Of a DNA stretch of 64,000 nt, positions 8,424 to 18,839 are shown one piece after another. The notes under the pieces are model-generated. The model was not told the DNA's origin, did no database searches, and saw nothing but the letters and a program-made list of their open reading frames with translations. This stretch comes from an uncultured Candidatus Actinomarina sp. GTDB taxonomy: Bacteria; Actinomycetota; Acidimicrobiia; Actinomarinales; Actinomarinaceae. Each line of letters opens with the position of its first letter. Position 1 is the stretch's first letter. The DNA lies in the NCBI GenBank assembly GCA_902576605.1, contig CACGVI010000001.1:29429-93428 (forward strand). The letters run 5' to 3'. Position numbers and translations under genes: made by a program.

Positions 8424-9503
8424 TTGAATAAAAAAGCAATTGTTTTTCTTTTAGTATTTGCAATGGTAATTGTCGCTTGTGGAGACACAACCGAAGAAGC
8501 TGCTGTTGAAGCTACTGAAGAAGAACATGACCACGAAGGGGAATCAACTCTAGAACAGGTTCTAGAAAGAGGATTCCTTAAGTGCGGTGTTAGCACCGGT
8601 GCAACTGGATTCACTGAAGTAGGGGACGACGGTTCTTATTCAGGATTTGACGTTGACTACTGTTATGCAGTTGCTGCTGCTGTTTTCGGCGATTACAGTA
8701 AAGTTGAATTTAAGCAACTTACTGCTGCTGAAAGGTTCACAGCACTTAGCGCTGGTGAAATCGACGTGTTAATAAGAAACACAACATGGACTCAAAGCCG
8801 AGACACTGAGCTTGGTAATGATTTTGGACCAACAACTTACTTTGACGGTCAACAATTAATGGGTAGAGTTTCTGATGGACTTTCTTCATCTTCAACTCTT
8901 GCTGATATTGATGGACTAAGAGTATGTACAAATGCTGGTACAACCACTGAAAAGAATATTACAGAAGGTGCTGGACTTGTAGGAGCTACTATTGAGCTCG
9001 TAACAGTTGAAGCATTCTCAGAAGCAATTGACAAGTTCATTGCTGGTGAGTGTGATATTGTAACAACAGACGGTTCAGGATTAGTTGGTAGAAGAGCAGT
9101 TAATGATGCTCTTAATGACTGGGCAATTTTCCCACAATCACCAATTTCTAAAGAACCATTAGGTCCAACATATAGATCAAATGATAGCCAATGGGCTGAC
9201 ATCATTAACTGGGTTGTTTATGCAACAATCATTGCTGATGAGTATGGAGTTACAAGAGCTAACATCGACTCATTTGACTATGATGCTGCACCAGAAATGG
9301 GTAGATTATTTGGTAAGAATGACGGAGAGCTTCAAACAAAGATGGGTCTTAAAGCTGATGCGTATTACAACGTTGTAAAACAAATCGGTAACTACGACGA
9401 AATCTTCTCACGAAACCTAAATCCATTAGGTCTCTACAGAGAAGGTGGAGCTAACGCTCGCTGGACAGAAGGCGGATTAGTTTACGCACCACCAGCAAGG
9501 TAA
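8424..9503 (+). CDS. Amino-acid ABC transporter substrate-binding lipoprotein (general L-amino-acid AapJ/BztA-like)
   Basis: TTG start after an AAAGGAG RBS. Signal peptide with lipobox (VIVAC). Homology to polar amino-acid binding proteins. Followed by a terminator and then the permease genes. Confidence 0.85.
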   Translation: MNKKAIVFLLVFAMVIVACGDTTEEAAVEATEEEHDHEGESTLEQVLERGFLKCGVSTGATGFTEVGDDGSYSGFDVDYCYAVAAAVFGDYSKVEFKQLTAAERFTALSAGEIDVLIRNTTWTQSRDTELGNDFGPTTYFDGQQLMGRVSDGLSSSSTLADIDGLRVCTNAGTTTEKNITEGAGLVGATIELVTVEAFSEAIDKFIAGECDIVTTDGSGLVGRRAVNDALNDWAIFPQSPISKEPLGPTYRSNDSQWADIINWVVYATIIADEYGVTRANIDSFDYDAAPEMGRLFGKNDGELQTKMGLKADAYYNVVKQIGNYDEIFSRNLNPLGLYREGGANARWTEGGLVYAPPAR

Positions 9504-9525
9504 TTTTTACCTATTTATAATTAGT

Positions 9526-9548
9526 AAAAGGGGCTTTTAGCCCCTTTT
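9526..9548. terminator. Rho-independent terminator/attenuator hairpin between the binding-protein and permease genes
   Basis: aaaaGGGGC-tttta-GCCCCtttt is a GC stem flanked by A and T runs, so it could terminate in either direction. This matches the usual arrangement in which the binding-protein gene is decoupled from the permease genes. Confidence 0.6.
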
Positions 9549-9586
9549 ACTTTGAATATGAAAACTTAATCTGATAGGATTTATTT

Positions 9587-11386
9587 ATGAAAAATGGACT
9601 AAAGGCTCTATCCTTTTTTAGGAACGTTGTTTTTCTTAAATGGGCATCACAAATCATCTTTCTAGTCGGTCTTTTATATATAATCTGGAGCTATATCCAG
9701 AATGCAGTTGTAAATCTTGAACAAACAAATATTGCTTTTTCATGGGGATGGCTAGGAGAAACACCCGGTGTTTCAATAGCAGAAGGTATGTATACTTTAC
9801 CTAATTCTGGTCGCCAGATGATTCAAGTTGGAATGTTAAATATGCTTAGGGTAACAGTTACAGGTATTTTTGCTGCAACATTTTTAGGTACTTTTCTTGG
9901 AATTGCTCGACTTTCAAAAAACTATATAGTCGAAAAAACTTCCACCGGCCTCCTAGAGGTTGTTCGTAATGTTCCCTTGCTTGTACAAATTTTCTTTTTC
10001 CAAGCTTTTGTCTTAACTTTTCCTAGACTTGAGGTTTTTGATGTAGGGACGTATAACCTTCATGTAAGTGCAAAAGGAATTGCTTTCCCATGGTTAAACA
10101 GGCAGCCTACAGCATATTTATTTTGGGTTTATTTACTAGCTATTTTTATTTTGGCTAACAGAATCTATAAATGGAGAGTACAGATTCTTGAAAGAGAAGG
10201 TAGAGAGACTAGGCCTTTTTTATGGTCAATTGGAATCTTTTTTGGATTACTGGTTGCTGGCTGGTACGGGGGATATCGAATTATGGGTATCATTGGGTTT
10301 TTAGCCGGCTATATTTCAACTGGGGTTGATCTTTTACCTGCTATTTTTTATCAGATACTTTTTTCTTCGGTTGCAATATTTATTGGTTTCAGATCTACAA
10401 AGAAATTTATTGATAGCAAAAAATCAGAAGAAGCACAGGGAATTTATAGCGATGACGATTATTTTAAAATTATCTTAAATGTACTAGTTGTATTACTAGT
10501 TGTTGTCTTGATGTTTTCATCTGTAGGGTTAGGACTTTCTAACTTTTTAGTTGGCGATGAAATTGTTTTCAAAGCAGATTGGGGGGTTCCTCAATTTTTT
10601 GACGGTGTGAATAATAAACTTTACTGGAACCCTGAAGCAAAAATTGTATTAGACGCTCAATTAGATGGTATGAAAAAAGCGGAAATTATAGATTGGATTG
10701 CTGTCCCCGGAACAGAAGTGACAAAGGGTGACGTGATAGCAATAGCTACTGCAAAAGATTTGAAAGGTGATTTAAATCAAGAGATTTCGATTAATGCAAA
10801 ATACACAGGTGTAATTGAAGAGGTTTTTGTCTCTAACGGAGATACTATAAAAATTAATGAAAAAACATACGACATTCGAGTAACAGACAGCAAGCCATTA
10901 GAGTTATCAAGACCAAAAGTCGAACAAATTGGAACTACTAAGTTTAAAAGATATGCTGAAGGATTTGGCAAGAGTCTGTCTGTGGGATATTTTGCTATTT
11001 GGCTTGGAGTCGTTCTTTATACTGCAATATTTATTTCCGAAGTAGTTAGAGCTGGAATAATGGCAGTTTCAAAAGGACAGTCTGAAGCAGGTCTTTCACT
11101 TGGGCTTGGACGCGGAGCACTACTGAGATTAGTAGTGTTACCACAGGCAATCAGAGTAATGCTTCCACCAATGGGCAATCAGTATCTAAATCTTGCCAAG
11201 AACACATCTTTAGGTATAGCAGTAGCATATCCAGAAATTGTTGCAGTAGGCCAAACTTTATATAACCAAGAGGGACAGACACTACCAGTGTTTTTAATCT
11301 GGATGGCGTTCTACAGTACAGTCAGCTTAACCATTTCAACAATAATCAATTATTACAATAGAAAAATGAAGATAGTGGAGAGGTAA
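9587..11386 (+). CDS. Amino-acid ABC transporter permease (AapQ/BztB-like) with a ~130-aa inserted soluble domain
   Basis: Conserved N-terminal permease blocks (GIARLS, VVRNVPLLVQIFFF) and a C-terminal EAA-loop region. An insert at about aa 322-455 carries a biotinyl/lipoyl-like motif. Confidence 0.8.
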   Translation: MKNGLKALSFFRNVVFLKWASQIIFLVGLLYIIWSYIQNAVVNLEQTNIAFSWGWLGETPGVSIAEGMYTLPNSGRQMIQVGMLNMLRVTVTGIFAATFLGTFLGIARLSKNYIVEKTSTGLLEVVRNVPLLVQIFFFQAFVLTFPRLEVFDVGTYNLHVSAKGIAFPWLNRQPTAYLFWVYLLAIFILANRIYKWRVQILEREGRETRPFLWSIGIFFGLLVAGWYGGYRIMGIIGFLAGYISTGVDLLPAIFYQILFSSVAIFIGFRSTKKFIDSKKSEEAQGIYSDDDYFKIILNVLVVLLVVVLMFSSVGLGLSNFLVGDEIVFKADWGVPQFFDGVNNKLYWNPEAKIVLDAQLDGMKKAEIIDWIAVPGTEVTKGDVIAIATAKDLKGDLNQEISINAKYTGVIEEVFVSNGDTIKINEKTYDIRVTDSKPLELSRPKVEQIGTTKFKRYAEGFGKSLSVGYFAIWLGVVLYTAIFISEVVRAGIMAVSKGQSEAGLSLGLGRGALLRLVVLPQAIRVMLPPMGNQYLNLAKNTSLGIAVAYPEIVAVGQTLYNQEGQTLPVFLIWMAFYSTVSLTISTIINYYNRKMKIVER

Positions 11387-13188
11387 TGGTTGATTTAATT
11401 AAAAAGAGCGCAAAGTCATTACAAGAGAGCTTATTCTCATCAGTTGGATCTTCAGTTTTAACTATTGCTACAACCTATCTTGTTATTAACTTTTTCAGAG
11501 GAATGCTTGGTTTTGCATTAACGTCAGATAAAGACTGGCTTGCCGTGTTAAACAATATGCAGCTCTATATGGTTCAAGCTTATCCCGAGGAAGACTTCAT
11601 TAGAGTTTGGTTATCAGTAGGACTTACTTTTGTTCTTGCGGGCCTTTCAATTGGTATTTGGAGAAGCGAGGCAAGGGTAAAAAGTTCACAGGTATTTAAT
11701 TCATTTTTCAAAGGAGGACTAGGTGTGTTGTTCTTTACGATTATTGCTCCAACAAATGCCAGCTTTATGGGAAATGATGGATCGGTTATAACAGAAGAGG
11801 TCCTCTCTATGGATTCAAGGTTAGGCATATTAATTCCAGTTGTTATTTTCTGTGCAATATTTTTTAGTATTCGATTTACAAATGTGAGTTTTACTGTGAA
11901 TAGCTCCGACATGGTTTTTTTCTATTTATTCATTCCGGTAGCACTTCTTTGGTTTGTAAAGCTTCCCACTATTCAACTAAATCAAAATAATGAAAGAATT
12001 ATTCCTGATCCTGTGATGCCTATAGCTAGTAGTACAAAAATTCCGTGGACAGTTATTTTTGTCTCATTTTTAGTTAGCTACTTTATCGGAATGTACCTAA
12101 AAAATATAAAAAGTATTAAGTCAATCATGTCTTTATCGTGGTTTTTATTGCCTCTTTTGATTTTTTCTTGGATATTCAAAAAGCCACAAATTGATATGTC
12201 AGTCGTACTTGGTAGTGATCTTCCTATATTTGGGGTTTTCTTACTTTGGGGTTTTCTAGTAATTACTTTTGTAAATAATGCTCTATTTAAAAAATATTAT
12301 TCCACCTACTTAGGTGTAACTTTTCTACTGACACTTGCTGGAGTGTTCTCCGGTTTGCCAATGTTGGCCAAAACTTGCTTACTTTTAATAACTTTATTTT
12401 CTGTTGTAGTACCAGCGGTGTCGACCTCTTCTCAAGGCAAAAGAAGTCTTTTGATCGTTTGGGCAGTTGCGTTAGTTACTCTTACCTTTTTACTTAGAGG
12501 GGGAGCATCAGACACTGGTATAGTTGTTCCGGGTTCAAGTATTTTTGGAGGCTTTTCTTTAACTTGGTTATTGGCCATATTTGGAACATATGTATCATTT
12601 CCGCTCGGAGTTTTATTAGCACTTGGAAGAAACTCAAAATTACCAATAATTAGAATTGTATGTACTGGGATTATTGAACTTACTAGGTCAGTGCCATATA
12701 TAACTTGGCTATTTTTTGCAAGTGTTACATTAGCAGTATTTTTACCCGCAGGAGTTGAATTTAATCTCATAGTTAGAGTATTAATGGTTACTGCATTCTT
12801 CAGTGGAGCATATTTTGCTGAAAATATTAGAGGAGGTCTACAGTCAATTCCAAAAGGTCAATATGAAGCAGCTGATGCAATAGGAATGAGTCCTTTCCAG
12901 AAAATTTCTTTAATTATTATGCCGCAGGCATTGAGAGCAGTAATACCTACATTAGTAAGTAGTGCTATCACAGCTTTTAAAGACTCTAGCCTTGTAACAA
13001 TTATTGGATTATTTGACTTTCTCACAATTGGAAAAACTGTTATCGGAAATCAATCTATACCTGTAAACTTTGTAGGTCATGACAGAGAGAATTTAATTTT
13101 TGTTGCAATTGTGTATTGGATATTTACATTTACACTTTCAAGACGAAGCATGAAAGTTGAAAAGAAGTTAGGATTAGGAGAGAGGTAA
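11386..13188 (+). CDS. Amino-acid ABC transporter permease (AapM/BztC-like), extended N-terminal membrane region
   Basis: The 600-aa polytopic protein contains a C-terminal ABC-permease core (LTRSVPYITWLFFASV ... QALRAVIPTLVSSAITAFKDSSL). Its start overlaps the previous gene's stop (ATGG). Confidence 0.8.
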   Translation: MVDLIKKSAKSLQESLFSSVGSSVLTIATTYLVINFFRGMLGFALTSDKDWLAVLNNMQLYMVQAYPEEDFIRVWLSVGLTFVLAGLSIGIWRSEARVKSSQVFNSFFKGGLGVLFFTIIAPTNASFMGNDGSVITEEVLSMDSRLGILIPVVIFCAIFFSIRFTNVSFTVNSSDMVFFYLFIPVALLWFVKLPTIQLNQNNERIIPDPVMPIASSTKIPWTVIFVSFLVSYFIGMYLKNIKSIKSIMSLSWFLLPLLIFSWIFKKPQIDMSVVLGSDLPIFGVFLLWGFLVITFVNNALFKKYYSTYLGVTFLLTLAGVFSGLPMLAKTCLLLITLFSVVVPAVSTSSQGKRSLLIVWAVALVTLTFLLRGGASDTGIVVPGSSIFGGFSLTWLLAIFGTYVSFPLGVLLALGRNSKLPIIRIVCTGIIELTRSVPYITWLFFASVTLAVFLPAGVEFNLIVRVLMVTAFFSGAYFAENIRGGLQSIPKGQYEAADAIGMSPFQKISLIIMPQALRAVIPTLVSSAITAFKDSSLVTIIGLFDFLTIGKTVIGNQSIPVNFVGHDRENLIFVAIVYWIFTFTLSRRSMKVEKKLGLGER

Positions 13189-13194
13189 TCACTT

Positions 13195-13923
13195 ATGAGC
13201 ATAATTCAAACAAAAGATGTTAAAAAATGGTTTGGAGACTTTCAGGCCCTTAAGGGCATCACCATGGATGTAGCAGAGGGAGAAGTTCTTGTTGTTTGTG
13301 GACCATCTGGTTCTGGTAAATCTACATTTATTAGATGTATTAACAGGCTTGAGCAACACCAAGAAGGTCAGATAATTGTTGATGGAATTGAGCTTACAAA
13401 TGACTTGAAGAATATCGAAGCAATTAGATCAGAAGTTGGAATGGTTTTCCAGAGCTTTAATCTTTTTCCACATTTAACTGTCATGCAAAATATTACTCTT
13501 GCACAAATATGGGTTAGAAAAAAGAATAGAGCCGAGTCTGAAGAAAAAGCAATGGAACTTCTTGAAAGAGTTGGAATACCTGAACAAGCACAAAAATTCC
13601 CGGGACAGTTATCTGGTGGCCAGCAACAAAGAGTTGCAATTGCAAGAGCTCTTGCAATGGAGCCAAAAATTATGCTTTTTGATGAACCTACATCAGCACT
13701 AGACCCCGAAATGATTAAAGAAGTACTTGATGTTATGAAAGAGCTTGCTAAATCAGGTATGACAATGATTGTTGTTACTCATGAAATGGGATTTGCTAAA
13801 GAAGTAGCAGATAGAGTTATGTTATTTGACGATGGTATGCTGGTTGAAGAAAATACTCCTGATGAGTTCTTCAATAATCCTAAGAGTGACAGAACTAAAT
13901 TATTCTTAAGTCAAATACTTTAA
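13195..13923 (+). CDS. Amino-acid ABC transporter ATP-binding protein
   Basis: Walker [13 protein letters not shown] signature [15 protein letters not shown], Walker [12 protein letters not shown]. Confidence 0.9.
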   Translation: MSIIQTKDVKKWFGDFQALKGITMDVAEGEVLVVCGPSGSGKSTFIRCINRLEQHQEGQIIVDGIELTNDLKNIEAIRSEVGMVFQSFNLFPHLTVMQNITLAQIWVRKKNRAESEEKAMELLERVGIPEQAQKFPGQLSGGQQQRVAIARALAMEPKIMLFDEPTSALDPEMIKEVLDVMKELAKSGMTMIVVTHEMGFAKEVADRVMLFDDGMLVEENTPDEFFNNPKSDRTKLFLSQIL

Positions 13924-15062
13924 AGCTGATCCCAAAGATTTTTTTCAGCTAAATCAATAATTGATGCACCCATTGCGTAAGCACCGTCGTATATAGCTTT
14001 GTGACCACCTTCAGTTAATGTAGCCGCTGCATATTCAGGCTGGTGATTTACAGCCTCTTTTTCGCCAATACCAAGCATTGGATGTATTGATGGAAAGATT
14101 TGAGAAACGTTTCCCATATCTGTTGATCCTAAACCAGGCCTGGTAGCATCTTGTTGTAAAATCATTTCTCTTCCTACGCTTTTAGCATTTTTCATAAAAA
14201 GTTTGTACAGAGTTTCATTGTTATTAATCTCTTGATATCTGTAATCAGGAGATGTAATTTTTATTTCACACTTTGTTGATAATGCAGCAGCATTAGCAAA
14301 GTTATAAAAGTCCTGTTCTAATTGGTTTAGACCTTCTTCATTTAATGATCTTAAGTACCACTCTGATTTCGTATATGAAGGAATTATATTTGGTTTAAAA
14401 CCTCCATCATTAATTACACCGTGCATTCTGTTGCTTTGCACCATTTGCTGTCTATAAGTTGATGCATTGACAAAAAGTTGTATTTGTGCATCCAAAGCAT
14501 TTATTCCCTGGTCAGGTGCTCCAGCAGCGTGTGCATCTTTACCAAAGTATTCCACAGTGTATTGCTCAATAGTTGTAAATGTAGGATTCACGACATCTTC
14601 ATATCCTGGATGAATCATCATGGAGCACGAAGCGTCTTCAAAAGCCCCTTCATTGATAAGAATAATTTTTCCACCACCACCTTCCTCTGCTGGAGTTCCT
14701 AGGAGTTTTACTCTAATACCTAACTTTGAAGCTATATCTTTTAACCCTAATCCAGCACCTATGGAGGCAGTTGCAATAATGTTATGACCACAAGCATGGC
14801 CAATTTCAGGCAAGGCATCATATTCAACACAAATTACCGAAAGAGGACCCTCTTTCCCGAAGGTAACATCAAAAGCTGTTTCAAGACCATGAGAAGGGAA
14901 ATTTACAGGTATCGAGTTTTTTTGAATATAATCAACAAGATATTTTGATGTTTTAAATTCTTGAAATCCTAATTCTGGATTTTCGTACATCCAATCACTG
15001 ACATCACATAAGCTTTCAAACAAATCATCAAGACAACTTTGAAATTCATTTTTATAGCTCAT
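13920..15062 (-). CDS. M20D-family amidohydrolase (aminoacylase / hippurate hydrolase-like)
   Basis: GHACGHN metal-binding motif, 380 aa. Convergent with the ABC ATPase gene, overlapping it by 4 nt. Confidence 0.75.
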   Translation of the reverse strand: MSYKNEFQSCLDDLFESLCDVSDWMYENPELGFQEFKTSKYLVDYIQKNSIPVNFPSHGLETAFDVTFGKEGPLSVICVEYDALPEIGHACGHNIIATASIGAGLGLKDIASKLGIRVKLLGTPAEEGGGGKIILINEGAFEDASCSMMIHPGYEDVVNPTFTTIEQYTVEYFGKDAHAAGAPDQGINALDAQIQLFVNASTYRQQMVQSNRMHGVINDGGFKPNIIPSYTKSEWYLRSLNEEGLNQLEQDFYNFANAAALSTKCEIKITSPDYRYQEINNNETLYKLFMKNAKSVGREMILQQDATRPGLGSTDMGNVSQIFPSIHPMLGIGEKEAVNHQPEYAAATLTEGGHKAIYDGAYAMGASIIDLAEKNLWDQL

Positions 15063-16333
15063 GAATTGATTTTACTAAAATAATCACTTTGGTACACACT
15101 GGAATTGTTCCAAATTATCCAATCAAGGCCCTTATCTTCTGCAGCTTTAATGTTTAACCTTACATCTTCTGATGAGTGCCAAAACCCCTGAAGAAAAGGT
15201 CTTAAACTTTTTTCTTGTACTCCTCTAGAAAGACCATCATTTAATGCTGCTGTTACAACTTCGTATGGGTAATTATTTGGATAACTATAGCCAAAAGATC
15301 CTTTAGAGTAATGGGAGGGGTAGACCATAGGAGATATAAAATCTACACTTTTAATAATTGTTTCTAAGTATTGCCCTATACCGTTATCATTTTTTGAATT
15401 AAGGACATATCCAAATATATCTGCAGATGCTAAACATCCATTGTCATGCAATAGTTCTGTAGCGTTTTGAAGAAATGAGTTAATGTTTTTTGTTCTGTTT
15501 TCAAAATTACTTTCCTCATCATAAACTAAGCCACGATAACTTGTATCAGGGTATCTTATGTAATCAAATTGGACTTCATCAAAACCTAGCAAACATGCTT
15601 CAAGAGCAATGTTTAGAATGTATTCTCTGCTAATACTATCACTTGGATCAAGAAAGTATTGACCATCTTGGTAGTAAGGCTTGCTTGTTGAAATGTCAAT
15701 GATTGCTGATTCAGGATAAATTCTTGCAAAGACAGGATCTTGAAAAGCAACGACTCGCCCAATTAAATAAATATTAAATTCCTCTTTAAAAGACTTTAAA
15801 GTTTGAGTATCGTATTTAATTCTTTCATTTTTTAATTTTTCAACTTCTGGAATTTCACTGTCATAAAGTAAATGACCATTATCTGTTTTAACATCTAGGA
15901 CTATTGTATTCACAACAGTGTTTGATAATATATCTTTAATTGGGCCTATTTTTTCTTCTTTTAAAAAATGGTAACCACTCAGATATATTCCTTTAACACC
16001 GCTATTAGATTTGCTAAATTCTTCCCACCTATTTATCGCAATATATTCATTAATTTCTTTTAAATTTTCGTTTTGAATCTCTTCAAAATTATTAAATAAG
16101 TTATTGTTACTATTTATCAATGCCTGTAATTTTTTATTAATTACTTGTTTTTGATCCTCTGAAAAAGATATTTTATCTTTCTTTTCAATTTTTGTGTCTT
16201 CGATTAACTTTTCACTAATTTCAACTACTAAATCAAAGTAACTTATTCCATCACCATTTACATTATTGATGCTTAAAGGCACAACTAAAAATGCAATAAG
16301 TAAAATTAAAAAAAATACCCTGTTCATATTCAT
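15059..16333 (-). CDS. Secreted glycoside-hydrolase-like TIM-barrel protein (GHL / DUF4015-like)
   Basis: N-terminal signal peptide (MNMNRVFFLILLIAFLVVPLS). Its GIYLSGY ... VNTIVLDVK and DEVQFDYIRYP blocks resemble GHL-family putative glycosidases. Overlaps the M20 gene by 4 nt, which suggests an operon. Confidence 0.45.
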   Translation of the reverse strand: MNMNRVFFLILLIAFLVVPLSINNVNGDGISYFDLVVEISEKLIEDTKIEKKDKISFSEDQKQVINKKLQALINSNNNLFNNFEEIQNENLKEINEYIAINRWEEFSKSNSGVKGIYLSGYHFLKEEKIGPIKDILSNTVVNTIVLDVKTDNGHLLYDSEIPEVEKLKNERIKYDTQTLKSFKEEFNIYLIGRVVAFQDPVFARIYPESAIIDISTSKPYYQDGQYFLDPSDSISREYILNIALEACLLGFDEVQFDYIRYPDTSYRGLVYDEESNFENRTKNINSFLQNATELLHDNGCLASADIFGYVLNSKNDNGIGQYLETIIKSVDFISPMVYPSHYSKGSFGYSYPNNYPYEVVTAALNDGLSRGVQEKSLRPFLQGFWHSSEDVRLNIKAAEDKGLDWIIWNNSSVYQSDYFSKINS

Positions 16334-16383
16334 ATTTTAGATTAGTAATACTAATCATTCATAGCTAGTTTTATAATATCTAT

Positions 16384-17133
16384 ATGAACAACCAAAAGTA
16401 TTTGAGAGCAGAAAAGTTTTTTGAGATACCAGTAATGATTTCTGTTCTTATGCTCATACCAGTATTAATTATCGAATACACACAACAAATGCTTAGCTCT
16501 GTTGCTTTATATTTAAATTGGGGTATTTGGATAGTTTTTTTACTTGAATATATGATTTTATTTTACTTTGCAGATGATAAATTAAATTTTATTAAAAGCC
16601 ATAAGATCGAATTAGTAATTGTTATATTCTCGTTTCCAATAGTTCCTGAAGGCTTGCAGTCTTCTGGATTTTTGAGGTTTGCAAGGCTACCAAGATTATT
16701 GAATGCATTGAGATTCTTCAGACTTGCTGCTTTACTTGGAAGATTTGGTGCAACTGTAAAGTCTATTTTTAATTCAAAGGGACTTAGGTTTATTGTGTAT
16801 GCCACTATTGGCATTGTGTTGTTCTTTGGTTTTCTTTTTTATATTTCTGAACCGGACGTCACGTCTTACAGTGATGGTTTATGGTGGGCACTTGTGACAA
16901 TTACCACAGTAGGATACGGTGATATTACTCCTCTCACAAATCTTGGACGAATAATCGCTAGCTCTTTGATGGTTATGGGCATTGGTTTTATTGCAACAAT
17001 TACAGCTGCTGTTTCTTCTTATTTTATTTCTAGCTTTAGCGACAAAGAGGTTACTATAAATGAACTAGGCGAAAAGTTAGATAAACTAGAAGAAGAAATT
17101 AAAAATTTAAAAAAAGAAATAAATGGAAAATAG
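16384..17133 (+). CDS. Voltage-gated potassium channel (6TM Kv-like, KvAP/MVP type)
   Basis: K+ selectivity filter TTVGYGD. Arginine-rich S4 segment RFARLPRLLNALRFFRL. C-terminal coiled-coil tail. Confidence 0.8.
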   Translation: MNNQKYLRAEKFFEIPVMISVLMLIPVLIIEYTQQMLSSVALYLNWGIWIVFLLEYMILFYFADDKLNFIKSHKIELVIVIFSFPIVPEGLQSSGFLRFARLPRLLNALRFFRLAALLGRFGATVKSIFNSKGLRFIVYATIGIVLFFGFLFYISEPDVTSYSDGLWWALVTITTVGYGDITPLTNLGRIIASSLMVMGIGFIATITAAVSSYFISSFSDKEVTINELGEKLDKLEEEIKNLKKEINGK

Positions 17134-18814
17134 CGAATTACAACAGCTCTCTGATGACTTTTTTCAAAATTCCTTAGCTTCATCACCTACCTCTGCAATT
17201 ATGAGAGGATACAAAGAGTATTTTGATCAAATTGAAGATCTTACTGAGGAAACTTTTGATAAAGAACAACAATTAGTAAATGAATTCATTTCTAGATTAG
17301 ACAATATAGATTTAAGCACCCTATCTCCTAGAGAAAAAATAACACATGGAATGCTTGAATTTGCTTTGAGTTCTAATAAGGATGCACTTCTCGATAGGAG
17401 CTGGGAATTTGGTGCAGGGGTATCTGGATATACGGGCTATTTAATTGACTATAACCAACGACTATTTATTCCCGATGTTGAGACAGCTGATATGTTATTG
17501 AAAAGATTAGAACTATACGAAAGACTGTATACTCAGATTGCTAAAGTTCAAAAAGAGGGGCTTCTAAATAGTAGAGTTGCTACAAAAAGAAACCTTTTGC
17601 GAACCATTGATCAATTAGAGAACTATCTCAACACCTCTTTAGAAAATGACACGTTATTATTAGTTAACTTTTCGACCGATATAGGAGAATTAGAAATATC
17701 TAACTGGAAAGAAAAAGCAAAGAAAATTATTGAAACAAATGTAAGGCCTGCAGTTTTATCCTATTTAGATCAGCTAAGAGAAGAGCACCTTCCCAAAGGT
17801 CGCACAGATGAAAAGTCAGGAATCGTATGGATTGAAGGTGGCGAGGAGGCGTATCTCAGAGCTTTAAGAAGATATACAGGCCATAAAGATACAACTGTTA
17901 AAGAAGTTCATAGTATAGGAATTTCTGAGATAGAAAGGCTAAAGACTGAGTTTTTTGAGATTGGAAAAAATGTGTTTTCTAATACAAATTCACCTGAAGA
18001 AGTAATCTATAAAATGCAGACAGAACCAGCAATGCGGTATGAAAGCAAAGAACAGATGCTTCAGATTGCTGAAGACACCATTGAAAGATCTTACAAGCCT
18101 CTTGAAAAGTGGTTTACAGTATTTCCAAAATCTCCATGTAAAGTTTTGCCTGCACCTCCTGAATCTGAACAACATGCTCCTCCGGCTTATTACGTAGCAC
18201 CATTACCTGATGGTTCAAGAGATGGAACATATTTTCTTAATACGTACAAGCCTGAAACTAAAAGCATCTTTGAGGCAGAGTCTGTTGCATTTCATGAAGC
18301 TATTCCCGGTCATCATCTAGACAGAACTATTGCAGTCGAATTACAAGATGTCCCAGATTTTCAACGCTATGTAGCATCAACTGCATTTGTAGAGGGTTGG
18401 GGGCTTTATGCTGAGCAGCTTGCAAATGAAATGGGTCTTTATTCTAACGATGTTCAGCAACTAGGAAGATTAGGAAATGATGCCTGGAGAGGATGTCGAC
18501 TTGTACTTGATACAGGGATGCATGGTATGGGCTGGTCTCGAGAAAAAGCAATAGAATTTTTTAGAGCCAATTCTCCAATAGAAGAAATTAATGCAAATAT
18601 TGAAACAGATAGATATATAGCTTGGCCAGGACAGGCGTGTTCGTACAAAATGGGTCAGTTAAAAATTGAAGAATTGCGAAGAAAAGCAGAAAAAGAACTT
18701 GGTGAAAATTTTGATATTAGATATTTTCATGATGAGGTTCTGTGTGATGGGGGAATAACACTTCCAATATTAGAAAACAAAATTAAAGATTTTATCCAAA
18801 GACATAGTGTTTAA
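17123..18814 (+). CDS. DUF885-family protein (putative metallopeptidase-like, HEAIPGHH motif)
   Basis: 563 aa carrying the characteristic HEAIPGHH and ...ETDRYIAWPGQACSYKMG blocks of the DUF885 family. Confidence 0.6.
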   Translation: MENSELQQLSDDFFQNSLASSPTSAIMRGYKEYFDQIEDLTEETFDKEQQLVNEFISRLDNIDLSTLSPREKITHGMLEFALSSNKDALLDRSWEFGAGVSGYTGYLIDYNQRLFIPDVETADMLLKRLELYERLYTQIAKVQKEGLLNSRVATKRNLLRTIDQLENYLNTSLENDTLLLVNFSTDIGELEISNWKEKAKKIIETNVRPAVLSYLDQLREEHLPKGRTDEKSGIVWIEGGEEAYLRALRRYTGHKDTTVKEVHSIGISEIERLKTEFFEIGKNVFSNTNSPEEVIYKMQTEPAMRYESKEQMLQIAEDTIERSYKPLEKWFTVFPKSPCKVLPAPPESEQHAPPAYYVAPLPDGSRDGTYFLNTYKPETKSIFEAESVAFHEAIPGHHLDRTIAVELQDVPDFQRYVASTAFVEGWGLYAEQLANEMGLYSNDVQQLGRLGNDAWRGCRLVLDTGMHGMGWSREKAIEFFRANSPIEEINANIETDRYIAWPGQACSYKMGQLKIEELRRKAEKELGENFDIRYFHDEVLCDGGITLPILENKIKDFIQRHSV

Positions 18815-18839
18815 ATTTTGTTTAAAAATTAAACAAAAT
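18815..18839. terminator. AT-rich perfect hairpin between convergent genes (putative bidirectional terminator)
   Basis: attttgtttaa-aaa-ttaaacaaaat is an 11-bp perfect inverted repeat, immediately after the DUF885 stop and before the convergent DUF418 gene's stop. Confidence 0.35.

Noticed and set aside
8357-8614. 85-aa minus-strand ORF spanning the purA / binding-protein intergenic region
   Set aside because: Overlaps the well-supported start and signal peptide of the substrate-binding lipoprotein on the other strand. No RBS and an odd composition.
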